Shown: positions 8,855 to 18,290 of the stretch, piece by piece
Position numbering within the stretch: the first letter of the stretch is position 1
Layout: every line of letters begins with the position of its first letter
The notes under the pieces: generated by a model
Databases searched by the model: none
Told to the model about the DNA's origin: nothing
The model's input: the letters and a program-made list of their open reading frames with translations, nothing else
Position numbers and translations under genes: made by a program
DNA from: Candidatus Latescibacterota bacterium
GTDB lineage: Bacteria; Latescibacterota; UBA2968; UBA8231
Direction of reading: 5' to 3'
Assembly: GCA_965200315.1 (NCBI GenBank)
Contig: OZ241362.1
Location: 2,848,001 to 2,912,000, forward strand
Length of the DNA stretch: 64,000 nucleotides

Positions 8855-9736
8855 TCACACCGAATCGGCCACCTCGGCGAGCCCTGAGTAGCCGTTGCTC
8901 GGCTTGGGTCTGCGGGAATGGTGTGAAGGCAGGAGTAGGGCTGCCTGCTGGGGAGCGGTGAGCTCGTCCCAGTAGGACGGCCGCCGGCCGCGCACTCCGC
9001 CGCCGCCCCATGCCATGTGACCGGTATTGTACTTGTAGAGGATGGCGCGGCGCTGGTGGTCGGCATTCCACGGGAGGGTGCCGTGGGTGCAGGCCTCGCT
9101 GAAGATGATGGCGTCGCCGGCTTTGGCGTTTATCTCGGTCACGTATTCCTGATAGTGTTCCCATCTGAGCATCTTGGCCGGGCAGGTCACGTTGGCCTTG
9201 TGGCTGCCGGCAATGACGCTGATGCCGCCGTCGCCGGGCCCTTCATCGGCGAGCAGGTATTCGATGACGCAGAGGCCGGTAAAGATCTTACCCTCGCGGT
9301 AGAAATAGGGTGCGTTGTCGAAGTTGCCGTGCAGCATGCCGCCGGAACATCCCTTGTCCATCGCGATCAAACCCGGACCGTGGTCGAGCCTCCAGCCTTC
9401 CCCGAGGATCGTGTTGAGATGGGGGGTGGTTTTGGGATGCGCCAGCATTTCTCTGAAAGGCTCGCAGAACGGCCGCGGCAATTCCAACAGGCCCTCGCTG
9501 TTGCCGAGGCGCGTCGAAGTGTTTTCGCCCTTCAAAGCAACGGAGTCGCCAAAGTACTCCGGGCTTGGTGTGAGCTCCATTGAATCGATGGCGTCGTTAG
9601 CCAGCTTCAAGTGTTCCTCGCTCAGCACGTCCCGCACGATCAAAAATCCGATCAGGTCGAAGAGGTACTTCTCATCGGCGGACATTTCCGCCGTTTCTGC
9701 GGTGATTGAGCGCGAGGTGTTGGCGTGTTCAATCAT
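8855..9736 (-). CDS. PhyH-family dioxygenase (HGN-type triad)
   Basis: EKYLFDLIGFLIVRDVL, LAHP, RLDH, LHGN, GSHKAN, GDAIIFSEACTHGTLPW...RR. Start MIEHAN after GGAG. Confidence 0.85.
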   Translation of the reverse strand: MIEHANTSRSITAETAEMSADEKYLFDLIGFLIVRDVLSEEHLKLANDAIDSMELTPSPEYFGDSVALKGENTSTRLGNSEGLLELPRPFCEPFREMLAHPKTTPHLNTILGEGWRLDHGPGLIAMDKGCSGGMLHGNFDNAPYFYREGKIFTGLCVIEYLLADEGPGDGGISVIAGSHKANVTCPAKMLRWEHYQEYVTEINAKAGDAIIFSEACTHGTLPWNADHQRRAILYKYNTGHMAWGGGGVRGRRPSYWDELTAPQQAALLLPSHHSRRPKPSNGYSGLAEVADSV

Positions 9737-9833
9737 GGCTGTTCTCCCATAGGATGGAATGGTTGGAACATTGGTTACAGTAGCTTTTATCGACAAAATG
9801 CTCTGAGCATGTACGGTGTGCAAGGCCAATTTC

Positions 9834-9966
9834 CAACTTGGCGCGGGGCGCGGCGGTGTGTATGTTGAGCAAGCTGTGCCGCAACCCAAACCGAAGGCTG
9901 ACTATGGCCAATATCACCTGCGCCCTTTTCATTGGCAACAACGTTACCGCCGGCGGCACGGGATAG
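9834..9966 (+). pseudogene. Degenerate duplicate of the upstream region and 5' end of the SGNH hydrolase gene at 12643
   Basis: Aligns with 12573-12747; encodes MANITCALFIGNNVTAGGTG* versus MANITHALFIGNSFTA...AGGKGE. Confidence 0.8.
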
Positions 9967-9970
9967 CGCT

Positions 9971-10855
9971 ATGCATCCTTGGACCTGCCTTTTGGTACTA
10001 GATTCGTCGCGCAAGATCGTCGCCGGCAGCCAAGACTCCTTAGTCCGTGCCATCCGCCGTGGCGCGGATCTGCGCATCTATACTGAATTTCGCCACAACG
10101 AGCACATCGACGTGCGTTCCCGCAGCGACGAGAAGGTGCGCGAGGTGGCCGAGTTTGCCGTGACGTATCTCGTCGAAGACCGCTGGGCCGCCGGCCTGAT
10201 GAGCCTGCGCCAGCCCGTGTCCTTGCCCAGCGGATTTGGGCCGCGGCCTTCAATGTCGTTTTTCCTCTACAATCAAGACGGCAACCAAGCCCTCGGCCGG
10301 CCCTACCTCGACGGGCAAAAGACCGTGCCCACCCCCGAGGAGGGATCGCACCCCATGCCGAAGTACCACTTGCTCGACAGCCACGATCCAGCGACCAACG
10401 CCCCCAGCCACAACTTCATTTACGACTTTGACATTTATAAATTCTACGTCGCCGACACGTGGGAGGAAGTGTTGCACCACGACGCCCACGGCCGCGTTCT
10501 CGCCGGCTCTATCGACGCCCTCGCCACCACCTTTGGCGACGGCGCGTCCATCAAGGTCGGCATTGGCGGTTTGTGTGCGGACCTGCCCGGAGCGGGGGCG
10601 GACCTAGCCCACGAGGTATTCGTCGAGACCGGCTCGGGCTATTACTATGTCGAGCAGCAGCTCTTTATCGCCGGATCGCATCCGGTTATTCGCGTCCGGC
10701 CGAGTATCCCCATGCGCTATCAGCGCAGGGGCTGGGACTTTGGCTGGCTGGTGCTGCGCACCGACGGGACGGTCGTCTATCGGCAGTGCGACCCCTATTC
10801 GCTCGCCTTTGCCGATGGAACGCGACGCCACCCGATTCGCTGGTTCGCTCGCTAA
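9971..10855 (+). CDS. Hypothetical protein with two internal homologous halves
   Basis: Long ORF with typical codon usage; W..LL.LD....VAGS.DSL..A...GA.L resembles W..VL..D....LAGS.DAL......GA.I. Confidence 0.7.
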   Translation: MHPWTCLLVLDSSRKIVAGSQDSLVRAIRRGADLRIYTEFRHNEHIDVRSRSDEKVREVAEFAVTYLVEDRWAAGLMSLRQPVSLPSGFGPRPSMSFFLYNQDGNQALGRPYLDGQKTVPTPEEGSHPMPKYHLLDSHDPATNAPSHNFIYDFDIYKFYVADTWEEVLHHDAHGRVLAGSIDALATTFGDGASIKVGIGGLCADLPGAGADLAHEVFVETGSGYYYVEQQLFIAGSHPVIRVRPSIPMRYQRRGWDFGWLVLRTDGTVVYRQCDPYSLAFADGTRRHPIRWFAR

Positions 10856-10961
10856 TCCGCTGGTTGGCTCCTCCCTTCAGTCGGAGGGTGAAGCGCTTCT
10901 TTGCACCAACCCTTCAACCGTCCGATTAAAGAGGCCATTCAAATCATCCCAATAAACGCCG

Positions 10962-11720
10962 ATGAACACAGCAGACTACGAATTCTTTCGCCGCAATGGC
11001 TACATTGCTCTAGGCCAACTTTTCTCCGACCAAGACGCCGCCCGTCTGCGCCAGGGCTTTGACGCGGACCGCGCAACTTGGGGCCGCGCCTTTTGGCGGC
11101 CCTTGGAGAGCACTTATCAGACCGTCAACTGCGATCCTCTGATCACTTGGCCCGCAGTCGAAGAAATCATCCGCCACCCGCAAATCCTCGACTCAGTGGA
11201 AACGCTGCTCGGTGCCCCCATCTGTCTCTCTGAAGCCTGCCTGCGCCACATGGCACCCTACGAGGGCGAAGGCTGGCGACGCTGGCATCGCGACCGTCCG
11301 CACTGGCAGCAGCACCCCCTGCGCACCCAGTACATCCACGCCCTCGTCTATTTGGCCGATGTTGACGAGACCACCCACTGCTTCTCCCTCTCGCCCGAAG
11401 CGGCCGACGCGCCCATTTTGGGCCGTGAAGACCAACTCGCCCGCGGCGGTATCGTCGATCTTCACGGCCCGTCCGGCACCGTAGTGCTCTTCAACCTCTC
11501 GGTGCTACACGCGGCGACCATCCGACCGACCCAACGAGACCGCAAAACCGTCCAGCTCTACTACGGACGCCACGACCAACCCCATTTGAGTAACTACACG
11601 ACCCTGCCCGCTCGGCTCTGGCGCGACCACCCCGACCCGGAGGTTCGCGCCTTCTACTCAGTGCTCAATCCCAAATCGCGAGCTTTTGCCGCGGCCTTCG
11701 GTGCTTCTGCACCGGAGTAA
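10962..11720 (+). CDS. PhyH-family dioxygenase
   Basis: FFRRNGY, RWHRDRP, LVYLADV, GTVVLFNLSVLHAA....DR. Confidence 0.85.
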   Translation: MNTADYEFFRRNGYIALGQLFSDQDAARLRQGFDADRATWGRAFWRPLESTYQTVNCDPLITWPAVEEIIRHPQILDSVETLLGAPICLSEACLRHMAPYEGEGWRRWHRDRPHWQQHPLRTQYIHALVYLADVDETTHCFSLSPEAADAPILGREDQLARGGIVDLHGPSGTVVLFNLSVLHAATIRPTQRDRKTVQLYYGRHDQPHLSNYTTLPARLWRDHPDPEVRAFYSVLNPKSRAFAAAFGASAPE

Positions 11721-11725
11721 CGACG

Positions 11726-12520
11726 CTAGGCTTCGTACATCACTGGGCAAATCTGGGGATCGTCCAAATGCGCGGTGTAGTAGCTCTGGTCGCCGGGCAC
11801 CGGCACGGCCCGTTCGTCGCGCAAATGCACGGCCAAGCTCCAGCGCACCGCGTCCGAGACATTGGCGTTGGAGCCGTGGTAGGTCAGGCAGTGGTGGACG
11901 CTAAGCCCGCCCAAGGGCATCAGCGCCGACACTTCCTCCCAAGTCCCGCCCGCCGGCACCGCGATATCCTCGCGCAGCTTGTGCTGATCCTTGTCGAAGA
12001 AATTGCCTTGATCTAAAAAGCCCCAACGGTGCGACCCGCGCACAAAGCGCATCGGCCCCAACTCCTCCTCCACATCGCACAGCGCGATCCACGCTGTAAA
12101 AAGCCCTTCGTCTTGCTGCCACATGCGCCAGTACTGCCGGTCTTGGTGCCAGCCGACGTGCCCGGCGGCCGCCGACCCCGGCGGCTTGATCAGCAACTGG
12201 CTCGCCCACACCTGCACTCGCTGGGCACCCGTTATCTCGGCGACCTTGCGCCCCACTTGTGGACAGGTCACCAATCCATAGAGCCCCGTATCCGACCGAT
12301 GCGGATTGTTGATCTTGCACAACACGCTTGGATCATACTGAGGATGCTCGGTCGGCGGCAGCCCCATATCGAACACGCCATCGCGCACCGCTACCATCCC
12401 CTGCAACGCCTTTTCCAACACATCGTCCGGCGCGACTTGCTCATTTGCGATACAATACCCGTCTCGCTCGTACTGCTCGACAGCTTGTCCCATCTGAAGT
12501 TCTCCAAGAGTAGATTGCAT
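11726..12520 (-). CDS. PhyH-family dioxygenase
   Basis: YERDGY, VGWHQDRQYW, GPMRFVRGSH, HHCLTYHGS..N..R. Start uncertain (12493-12556). Confidence 0.85.
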   Translation of the reverse strand: MQSTLGELQMGQAVEQYERDGYCIANEQVAPDDVLEKALQGMVAVRDGVFDMGLPPTEHPQYDPSVLCKINNPHRSDTGLYGLVTCPQVGRKVAEITGAQRVQVWASQLLIKPPGSAAAGHVGWHQDRQYWRMWQQDEGLFTAWIALCDVEEELGPMRFVRGSHRWGFLDQGNFFDKDQHKLREDIAVPAGGTWEEVSALMPLGGLSVHHCLTYHGSNANVSDAVRWSLAVHLRDERAVPVPGDQSYYTAHLDDPQICPVMYEA

Positions 12521-12642
12521 AAAATCGCCGAGGTCGAAGTCCTGAGTGCCGAACACGAGGCCATTGGGCTAGCAATTTGGCGCGAGGCGAAGCGGTGTTT
12601 ATGTTGAGCAAGATACACCTCAACCCATATTGAGGACTGACT

Positions 12643-13281
12643 ATGGCCAATATCACCCACGCCCTTTTCATTGGCAACAGCTTCACCGCACGCAACGATC
12701 TGCCCGGCCTCTTGGCCCGACTCGTCCACGCCGGCGGCAAGGGCGAGTTGGAATGCGAGCTCATCAGCGGTGGCGGGGCCTCGCTTAGGACCCACTTGAA
12801 CAAGGGCGAGGCGCAAAAGCGCTTGCAGACATCCCGTTGGGATTACGTCGTATTGCAGGAGCAAAGCACTCTGCCGGTCAAAAACCCCAAGCGCACCGGC
12901 GAAAATATCCGCGAGTTCGACGCCATAATTAAGGCGGCACAGGCGCAGACGGTACTCTACATGACTTGGGCGCGGCAAAATGCTCCCGAGACCCAAGCCG
13001 CCTTGAGCGAGACCTACGCCGAAATAGGGCGCGAGATCGGCGCGACCGTCGTGCCCGTGGGCCTAGCTTGGCGCGATTGCTTAGCGGCGCATCCCGATAT
13101 CGTCCTGCACGACAAGGACCAAAGCCATCCCAACCTCGCCGGGTCCTATCTGGCGGCTTGCACATTTTACGCGACGCTCTTTATCGGCCGGTCCGAGTCC
13201 ATTCCCAACATCGACATTGACCTAGACGCCGAAACGATCAACGCCCTCCACCAAGCTGCGCTGGCAGCGGCGCGCACCTAG
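12643..13281 (+). CDS. SGNH/GDSL hydrolase family protein (DUF4886-like)
   Basis: LFIGNSFT..N, WDYVVLQEQS, YMTWAR, DQSHPN.AGSYLAAC. Confidence 0.85.
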   Translation: MANITHALFIGNSFTARNDLPGLLARLVHAGGKGELECELISGGGASLRTHLNKGEAQKRLQTSRWDYVVLQEQSTLPVKNPKRTGENIREFDAIIKAAQAQTVLYMTWARQNAPETQAALSETYAEIGREIGATVVPVGLAWRDCLAAHPDIVLHDKDQSHPNLAGSYLAACTFYATLFIGRSESIPNIDIDLDAETINALHQAALAAART

Positions 13282-13309
13282 CGAGTCGCCGCGTAGAGGA
13301 GTTCGCCCT

Positions 13310-13762
13310 ATGAGTGCATTTGCAAGCGAGTACTACCTGTGGCTCAAAGCCATCCACGTCATCTTCGTCATCGCTTGGATGGTCGGCATGTTCTATCTGC
13401 CGCGCCTCTATGTCTATCACTGCCAAGTTACCCCTAACTCCGAAGCCGACGAGACCTTCAAGGTCATGGAGCGCAAGTTGCTGCGGGTGATTATGAATCC
13501 GGCGATGATCGTTTCTTTTATCACTGGCATCTTGCTCATTCTCGCCACTGGGGCCGGCGCACCCGGCACGGGCTACTGGATGCACATCAAACTGGTGCTA
13601 GTACTCGCCATGGCGGCCCTCCACGGCATGCTCGCCTCCTACCGCAAGGCTTTTGCGCGTGGTGAGAACCAAAAGAGCGAGCGGTTTTTCCGCTGCCTCA
13701 ACGAAGTGCCCACCGTGCTGGTGATCGTCATCGTGCTCTTGGTGGTAGTCAAGTTCGTCTGA
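13310..13762 (+). CDS. hemJ: Protoporphyrinogen oxidase HemJ
   Basis: YLWLKAIHVIFVIAWMVGMFYLPRLYVYH, MERKL...IMNPAM, FR..NEVPT. Confidence 0.92.
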   Translation: MSAFASEYYLWLKAIHVIFVIAWMVGMFYLPRLYVYHCQVTPNSEADETFKVMERKLLRVIMNPAMIVSFITGILLILATGAGAPGTGYWMHIKLVLVLAMAALHGMLASYRKAFARGENQKSERFFRCLNEVPTVLVIVIVLLVVVKFV

Positions 13763-13831
13763 GCTTATTTCCTTATACCATATACCATCGCGGTGCTTTT
13801 ACGCTGCACCCCATTTACTAAGGAGGTATCC

Positions 13832-14809
13832 ATGAAGTCGCTTACTTCGGCGATTCTTGTGCTCGCCTTGTCCCTGCCGTGCTTTTCCCAAACCCGCGAA
13901 CAAGGACCTTGGTGGCCCTCGCAATGGGGAGCCGACGACCAAGCCGGCGCGTCCAACCGCATCACCGCCGAAACCATCCTCAAGGCCGTGCAGCTAGTCA
14001 AGACCGGCCAGATGTACGAGCTAGGCCAGATATACGAGCGCGGCATGCCGCTGTTTGGCGAGCGCACCTATGCGATGTTCATTCCCGGCTCGCCCACCGG
14101 TGGTCCCTTCGGCGAAAACAACATGCTCATGTACCACGACGAGTTCCTCTGCGCTGAGATCGGCCAAGTAGGCACTCAGTTCGACGGACTGTCCCACATT
14201 GGTACGCGCATGAGCATGGCCGATGGCTCGACCCAAGACGTGTTCTACAATGGCGTTACCGCCGATGAGATGGCCGGGGCTTATGGCGTCACCAAGCTGG
14301 GCATTGAACACGTGCGCTCCTTCGTCACCCGTGGCGTACTCATCGACATTGCCGGCTACAAGGGCGTTGAGCACCTCGACCATAGCTATGAGGTCACCGT
14401 CGCCGATATCCGCGGCGCACTCGCAAAGCAGGGGATCGCCGAAAGCAGCATTCAGGAGGGCGACGCCCTGCTTTTCAACTACGGTTGGTCCAAGCTGTGG
14501 AAGGATCCAGAGACCTATAACACCAACCCGCCCGGCATCGGCATGGAGGCGAGCGAGTGGATCATCTCCATGAAACCCTCGATGATCGGCTCGGACCAGT
14601 GGACCACCGAAGTTGTGCCCGGTCCCGATCCCAAGCAGGCTTTCCCGGTCCATCAGGAGCTCATCACCAAGAACGGCATCTTCAACTTGGAAAACATGGT
14701 CTTTGAAGAAGTGTTGGCCGACCAAGTGTACGAGTTCCTCTTTATATTTACGCCGACCCGCTTCAAAGGTGGCACTGGATCGCCGGGGCGGCCGCTCGCC
14801 ATCCGCTGA
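13832..14809 (+). CDS. Secreted cyclase-family (kynurenine formamidase-like) metal-dependent hydrolase
   Basis: Signal peptide after AAGGAGG RBS; WGADDQAGASN, GTQFDGLSH, TRGVLID, ENM, GGTGSPGRPLAI. Confidence 0.85.
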   Translation: MKSLTSAILVLALSLPCFSQTREQGPWWPSQWGADDQAGASNRITAETILKAVQLVKTGQMYELGQIYERGMPLFGERTYAMFIPGSPTGGPFGENNMLMYHDEFLCAEIGQVGTQFDGLSHIGTRMSMADGSTQDVFYNGVTADEMAGAYGVTKLGIEHVRSFVTRGVLIDIAGYKGVEHLDHSYEVTVADIRGALAKQGIAESSIQEGDALLFNYGWSKLWKDPETYNTNPPGIGMEASEWIISMKPSMIGSDQWTTEVVPGPDPKQAFPVHQELITKNGIFNLENMVFEEVLADQVYEFLFIFTPTRFKGGTGSPGRPLAIR

Positions 14810-14821
14810 ACTGAAAATGAA

Positions 14822-14853
14822 GAACCCCGCGTCGAAAAGGCGCGGGGTTTTTA
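14822..14853 (+). terminator. Rho-independent terminator
   Basis: AACCCCGCG-TCGAAAAGG-CGCGGGGTT followed by TTT, just after the cyclase stop codon. Confidence 0.7.
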
Positions 14854-14870
14854 ACTGCCCAAGGCCATCT

Positions 14871-15977
14871 ATGAAAGCATCCCAAGCTCCCACTCCAGCT
14901 AGCCGCCTGCACGATCTATTGCGCCCCGAAGTCCTAGCCGCCTTCGACCGCGATTTTTTTGAACGGGAAGGTTACTGGATCTGGGAGGGCATCTTGACCG
15001 ATGCTGGGCAACAGCACTGGACGGCCAGCCTGCAAAAGCTACAACGGATGAACGACGCCATTGTAGTAGGGACTGACTGGGCCGCCATTGACTACGCGGG
15101 CCGTGGGTTGCCCGAACCGACACCAGAGCAGACGACTCCTGAGTTCCTGTCCGCCTGTTGCGGTGGATCGGAGCAGATGCGCTTTATGTCGCCGGAACTC
15201 CGCGCCTATATGTACGAACACGGGCTTTTCGGACTTGGTTCCGCGCCGGTCGCGGCGGAATTTGAGTGGCAGGGGATGATGCCCGAATACTTTCCGCTTG
15301 CCTACGACGGCTTTATCCTCGACGTCACTACCAGCCATCCGCAGATGATGGAACTCTTCGGTCAGCTCCTCGGTGAGCGCTTCCTGATCGACCACTGCCT
15401 GATGCTCAACCGGCCGGCGGGATCAAGGGGGCGACGCTGGCATGCACACCCATATCGCCAAGGGCAGTACGAGGTCGAAAGCGAAATTGGCGACGGCCAC
15501 GCGCTGACCGCTCAATTCCTAGCGCAGCAATGCGTCCGCACCCTGTGCTATCCCGAAGGGATGGGGATCGGCGATGGGGGCGGTGAGTTGGCCGTTATTC
15601 CCGGTTCCCACCTCTACCGCATTCCCTATCGGTGGAATTCCACGCGGACCGAATACGACGACGAAATGCAGATCGGCTGGATGACGAGCAAAATCCACGC
15701 CTTTACCGGCGAGCCGTTGCGGATTGAGCGCTTGTCGCTGCCGCCGGGCAGCATGGTCTCCTTCGTCCACCACATGCCGCATCACGTCGGCCACCGCGAC
15801 TTGGACGCGCCCACTCGCTGGGGTCTGCTGATGGCCTACCGGACCCCCGACCCCAAAGCTAGCCCGGCCAAGTGGAACGAAGGGACACCCACCCACTGGG
15901 CCGAGCGCGTGGAAGGAGCGGGCAGGCTCACTCCCGCAATGCGCCGGATATTCGAAGGGGACGATCCTTTGGCTTAG
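14871..15977 (+). CDS. PhyH-family-like dioxygenase (HAH triad)
   Basis: FFEREGYWIWEGIL, HPQMM..F..LLG, RWHAH, LAVIPGSH, PGSMVSFVHHMPH......R. Confidence 0.75.
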   Translation: MKASQAPTPASRLHDLLRPEVLAAFDRDFFEREGYWIWEGILTDAGQQHWTASLQKLQRMNDAIVVGTDWAAIDYAGRGLPEPTPEQTTPEFLSACCGGSEQMRFMSPELRAYMYEHGLFGLGSAPVAAEFEWQGMMPEYFPLAYDGFILDVTTSHPQMMELFGQLLGERFLIDHCLMLNRPAGSRGRRWHAHPYRQGQYEVESEIGDGHALTAQFLAQQCVRTLCYPEGMGIGDGGGELAVIPGSHLYRIPYRWNSTRTEYDDEMQIGWMTSKIHAFTGEPLRIERLSLPPGSMVSFVHHMPHHVGHRDLDAPTRWGLLMAYRTPDPKASPAKWNEGTPTHWAERVEGAGRLTPAMRRIFEGDDPLA

Positions 15978-16180
15978 CCTCTGGTTACAGACCGATGCTC
16001 TCCGGCCCCAACCTTGTTCGGCCCAACGTGATCGGGAGTATGTGAACGCAGCAATTCAAGGTGGGTTCAGGGAAAATCGCCGTTCCCGTGCTGCCCCATT
16101 AGTCTGGGTCGGCTAAGACTGGCGTTTAGTACCTATAAGGTCCTATACTATCGCCAATCGCATCCACAAGGAGATACGCC

Positions 16181-18139
16181 ATGACTGGTTCCCTGCTCCT
16201 TGCCGTCGCCCTGTTTGCTTCACCGTTGCTGGCCGATTCCACCGGCGAGTGGCGTTCATACGGCGCGACGACAGCCAGCACCAAATACGCCCCTTTCGAC
16301 CAAATCGACGCCACCAATTTCGCCCAGCTAGAAGTAGCTTGGACCTGGGCTTCGGCCGACCAGCCCATCCTTGACGCCCATCCAGAAATCTGGACCATGG
16401 TCTTTGAGGGCACACCGCTCCAAGTCGGCGACAGACTCTACGTCAGCACCTCGCTCAACCTAGTTGTCGCACTCGACGCTACGAGCGGTAAGACAATCTG
16501 GACCTACGACCCGGGCACCTGGAGGTCGGGTACGCCAGCCAACGTCGGCCTAGTCCATCGCGGCGTCTCCTACTGGGAGGACGGCGACGACCGGCGCATC
16601 CTCTTTGGCACCGGCGATGCCTATCTCATCGCCCTCAACGCCGATACCGGCCAACCTGTCCAGAGCTTTGGCGACGACGGCCGCGTCGATTTGACCAAGG
16701 GCTTGCGCCGGCCAATCGAACGCGAACTCTACGCCGTCACCTCGCCGCCGGTCATCTGCGGCGACATCGCCATTGTCGGCGCGGTGGTTCTCGACGCCTT
16801 TGCCGTTGGTCGTCCGCCCGACGAGACCATGCCCCCAGGCGATGTGCGCGGCTTTGACGTGCGCACTGGTGCCCAAAAGTGGGTCTTTGAGACCATCCCA
16901 CAGGAGGGAGCCTTCGGCAACGAGACTTGGGAAGACGGTTCGTGGGAAAACACTGGCAATACCAATGTCTGGACCCTGATGAGTGCCGATCCCGAACTGG
17001 GCTACGTCTATTTGCCGGTGAGCACCCCGACCAACGACTACTATGGAGGGCACCGCCCCGGCGACAACCTCTTCGCCGAGAGCCTCGTCTGCCTCGACGC
17101 CGCTACGGGTGAGCGCGTCTGGCACTTCCAGATCACCCACCACGGGATGTGGGACTACGATCTGCCGGCAGCGCCCAACCTCGTCGATATCAGCGTCGGA
17201 GGCCGGGAAATCAAAGCCGTGGCCCAAGTTACCAAACAAGGCTTCTGCTTCGTCTTCGACCGCCAAACGGGCGAGCCAATCTGGCCCATCGAGGAAAAAC
17301 CCGTACCGCAATCCGACATTCCCGGCGAAAAGTCTTCGCCCACCCAACCCATCCCCAGCAAGCCAGCTGCTTTCGAGCGCCAGGGCCTGACTGAGGACGA
17401 CCTGATCGACTTTACGCCAACCCTGCGCCAGATGGCCAAGACCATCGCCGCCGACTATAGCTACGGCCCGCTCTACATGGCCCAGACAGTGGAGAGCATG
17501 AATAAGAAGGGGACGATCCTCGTTCCCGGCATTATCGGCGGAGCGAGCTGGGCCGGTGCTGCCGTCGATCCCCACAAAGGCATAATCTACGTTCCCTCCT
17601 ATACGTTCCCGGCCGTGCTGACCCTGACCAAAGCCACCGACCCTAGCGCCCCCTTTCGCTATACCGGCGGGGTAGAGTTTGGTCCCGACGGGCCGCGCGG
17701 CTTGCCTTTGCTCAAGCCACCCTACGGACGGATCACCGCCATTGACCTCAACACCGGCGAGCACCGCTGGCAGGTCCCCGTGGGCGAGGGGCCGCGCGAC
17801 CACCCCAGCCTTGCTCATCTCGACTTGCCGCCCTTGGGCTGGGCACAGCGCAACTTCCCCATCATCACCGAGAGCTTGCTCTTTGCCGCGACTCAGGCGC
17901 AGTGGGACGTGGTCAACAACTCGCCCCGCGGCAACGCCGTCGAGGTCAAAATCAATCCCAATGCGCCCTATCTCTGGGCCTTTGACCCGGACAACGGCGC
18001 GCAGATCGGCAAAGTCGAGCTGCCGCGCAACGCCTCGGGCCAGCCCGTCACCTATATGGCCGGCGGCAAGCAATACATCGCCATCCCCACAGGTGGGGCC
18101 GACCAGCCAGCCGAGTTGGTGGCGCTGAGTCTGCCTTGA
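16181..18139 (+). CDS. PQQ-dependent dehydrogenase (quinoprotein glucose dehydrogenase-like), secreted
   Basis: Signal peptide; PQQ beta-propeller Trp repeats, NVWTLMSADPELGYVYLP, WHFQITHHGMWDYDLPAAP, KPPYGRITAIDL, GKQYIA. Confidence 0.9.
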   Translation: MTGSLLLAVALFASPLLADSTGEWRSYGATTASTKYAPFDQIDATNFAQLEVAWTWASADQPILDAHPEIWTMVFEGTPLQVGDRLYVSTSLNLVVALDATSGKTIWTYDPGTWRSGTPANVGLVHRGVSYWEDGDDRRILFGTGDAYLIALNADTGQPVQSFGDDGRVDLTKGLRRPIERELYAVTSPPVICGDIAIVGAVVLDAFAVGRPPDETMPPGDVRGFDVRTGAQKWVFETIPQEGAFGNETWEDGSWENTGNTNVWTLMSADPELGYVYLPVSTPTNDYYGGHRPGDNLFAESLVCLDAATGERVWHFQITHHGMWDYDLPAAPNLVDISVGGREIKAVAQVTKQGFCFVFDRQTGEPIWPIEEKPVPQSDIPGEKSSPTQPIPSKPAAFERQGLTEDDLIDFTPTLRQMAKTIAADYSYGPLYMAQTVESMNKKGTILVPGIIGGASWAGAAVDPHKGIIYVPSYTFPAVLTLTKATDPSAPFRYTGGVEFGPDGPRGLPLLKPPYGRITAIDLNTGEHRWQVPVGEGPRDHPSLAHLDLPPLGWAQRNFPIITESLLFAATQAQWDVVNNSPRGNAVEVKINPNAPYLWAFDPDNGAQIGKVELPRNASGQPVTYMAGGKQYIAIPTGGADQPAELVALSLP

Positions 18140-18145
18140 TAACGG

Positions 18146-18250
18146 AAGGAGCGTGCGCGTGAATTTCCGCTTCCGTCTCGATGCCTTCCGCTGACCGCCC
18201 TAGAATCCTTCCACCAAGACGGATTCGCCGCCATGCCCTGAGTATTCATT
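18146..18250 (+). pseudogene. Decayed 5' end of a PhyH gene paralogous to 20195
   Basis: RBS then GTG; reads MNFRFRLDA../SADRLESFHQDGFAAMP*VF versus MNSLFRRQAPSAADLDSFHQDGYIFYPDVL. Both share TCCTTCCACCAAGACGG. Confidence 0.6.
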
Positions 18251-18290
18251 CGCCATCTCCGTCGCCGCTTAGTACCCCTCGCTCCCTTCC

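Noticed and set aside
16550-18073. Long antisense or alternate-frame ORFs (507 aa here; also 18626-19645, 30288-31175, 52381-53307)
   Set aside because: These are shadow ORFs of GC-rich genes, with no family motifs and Arg/Pro/Ala-biased or antisense composition.
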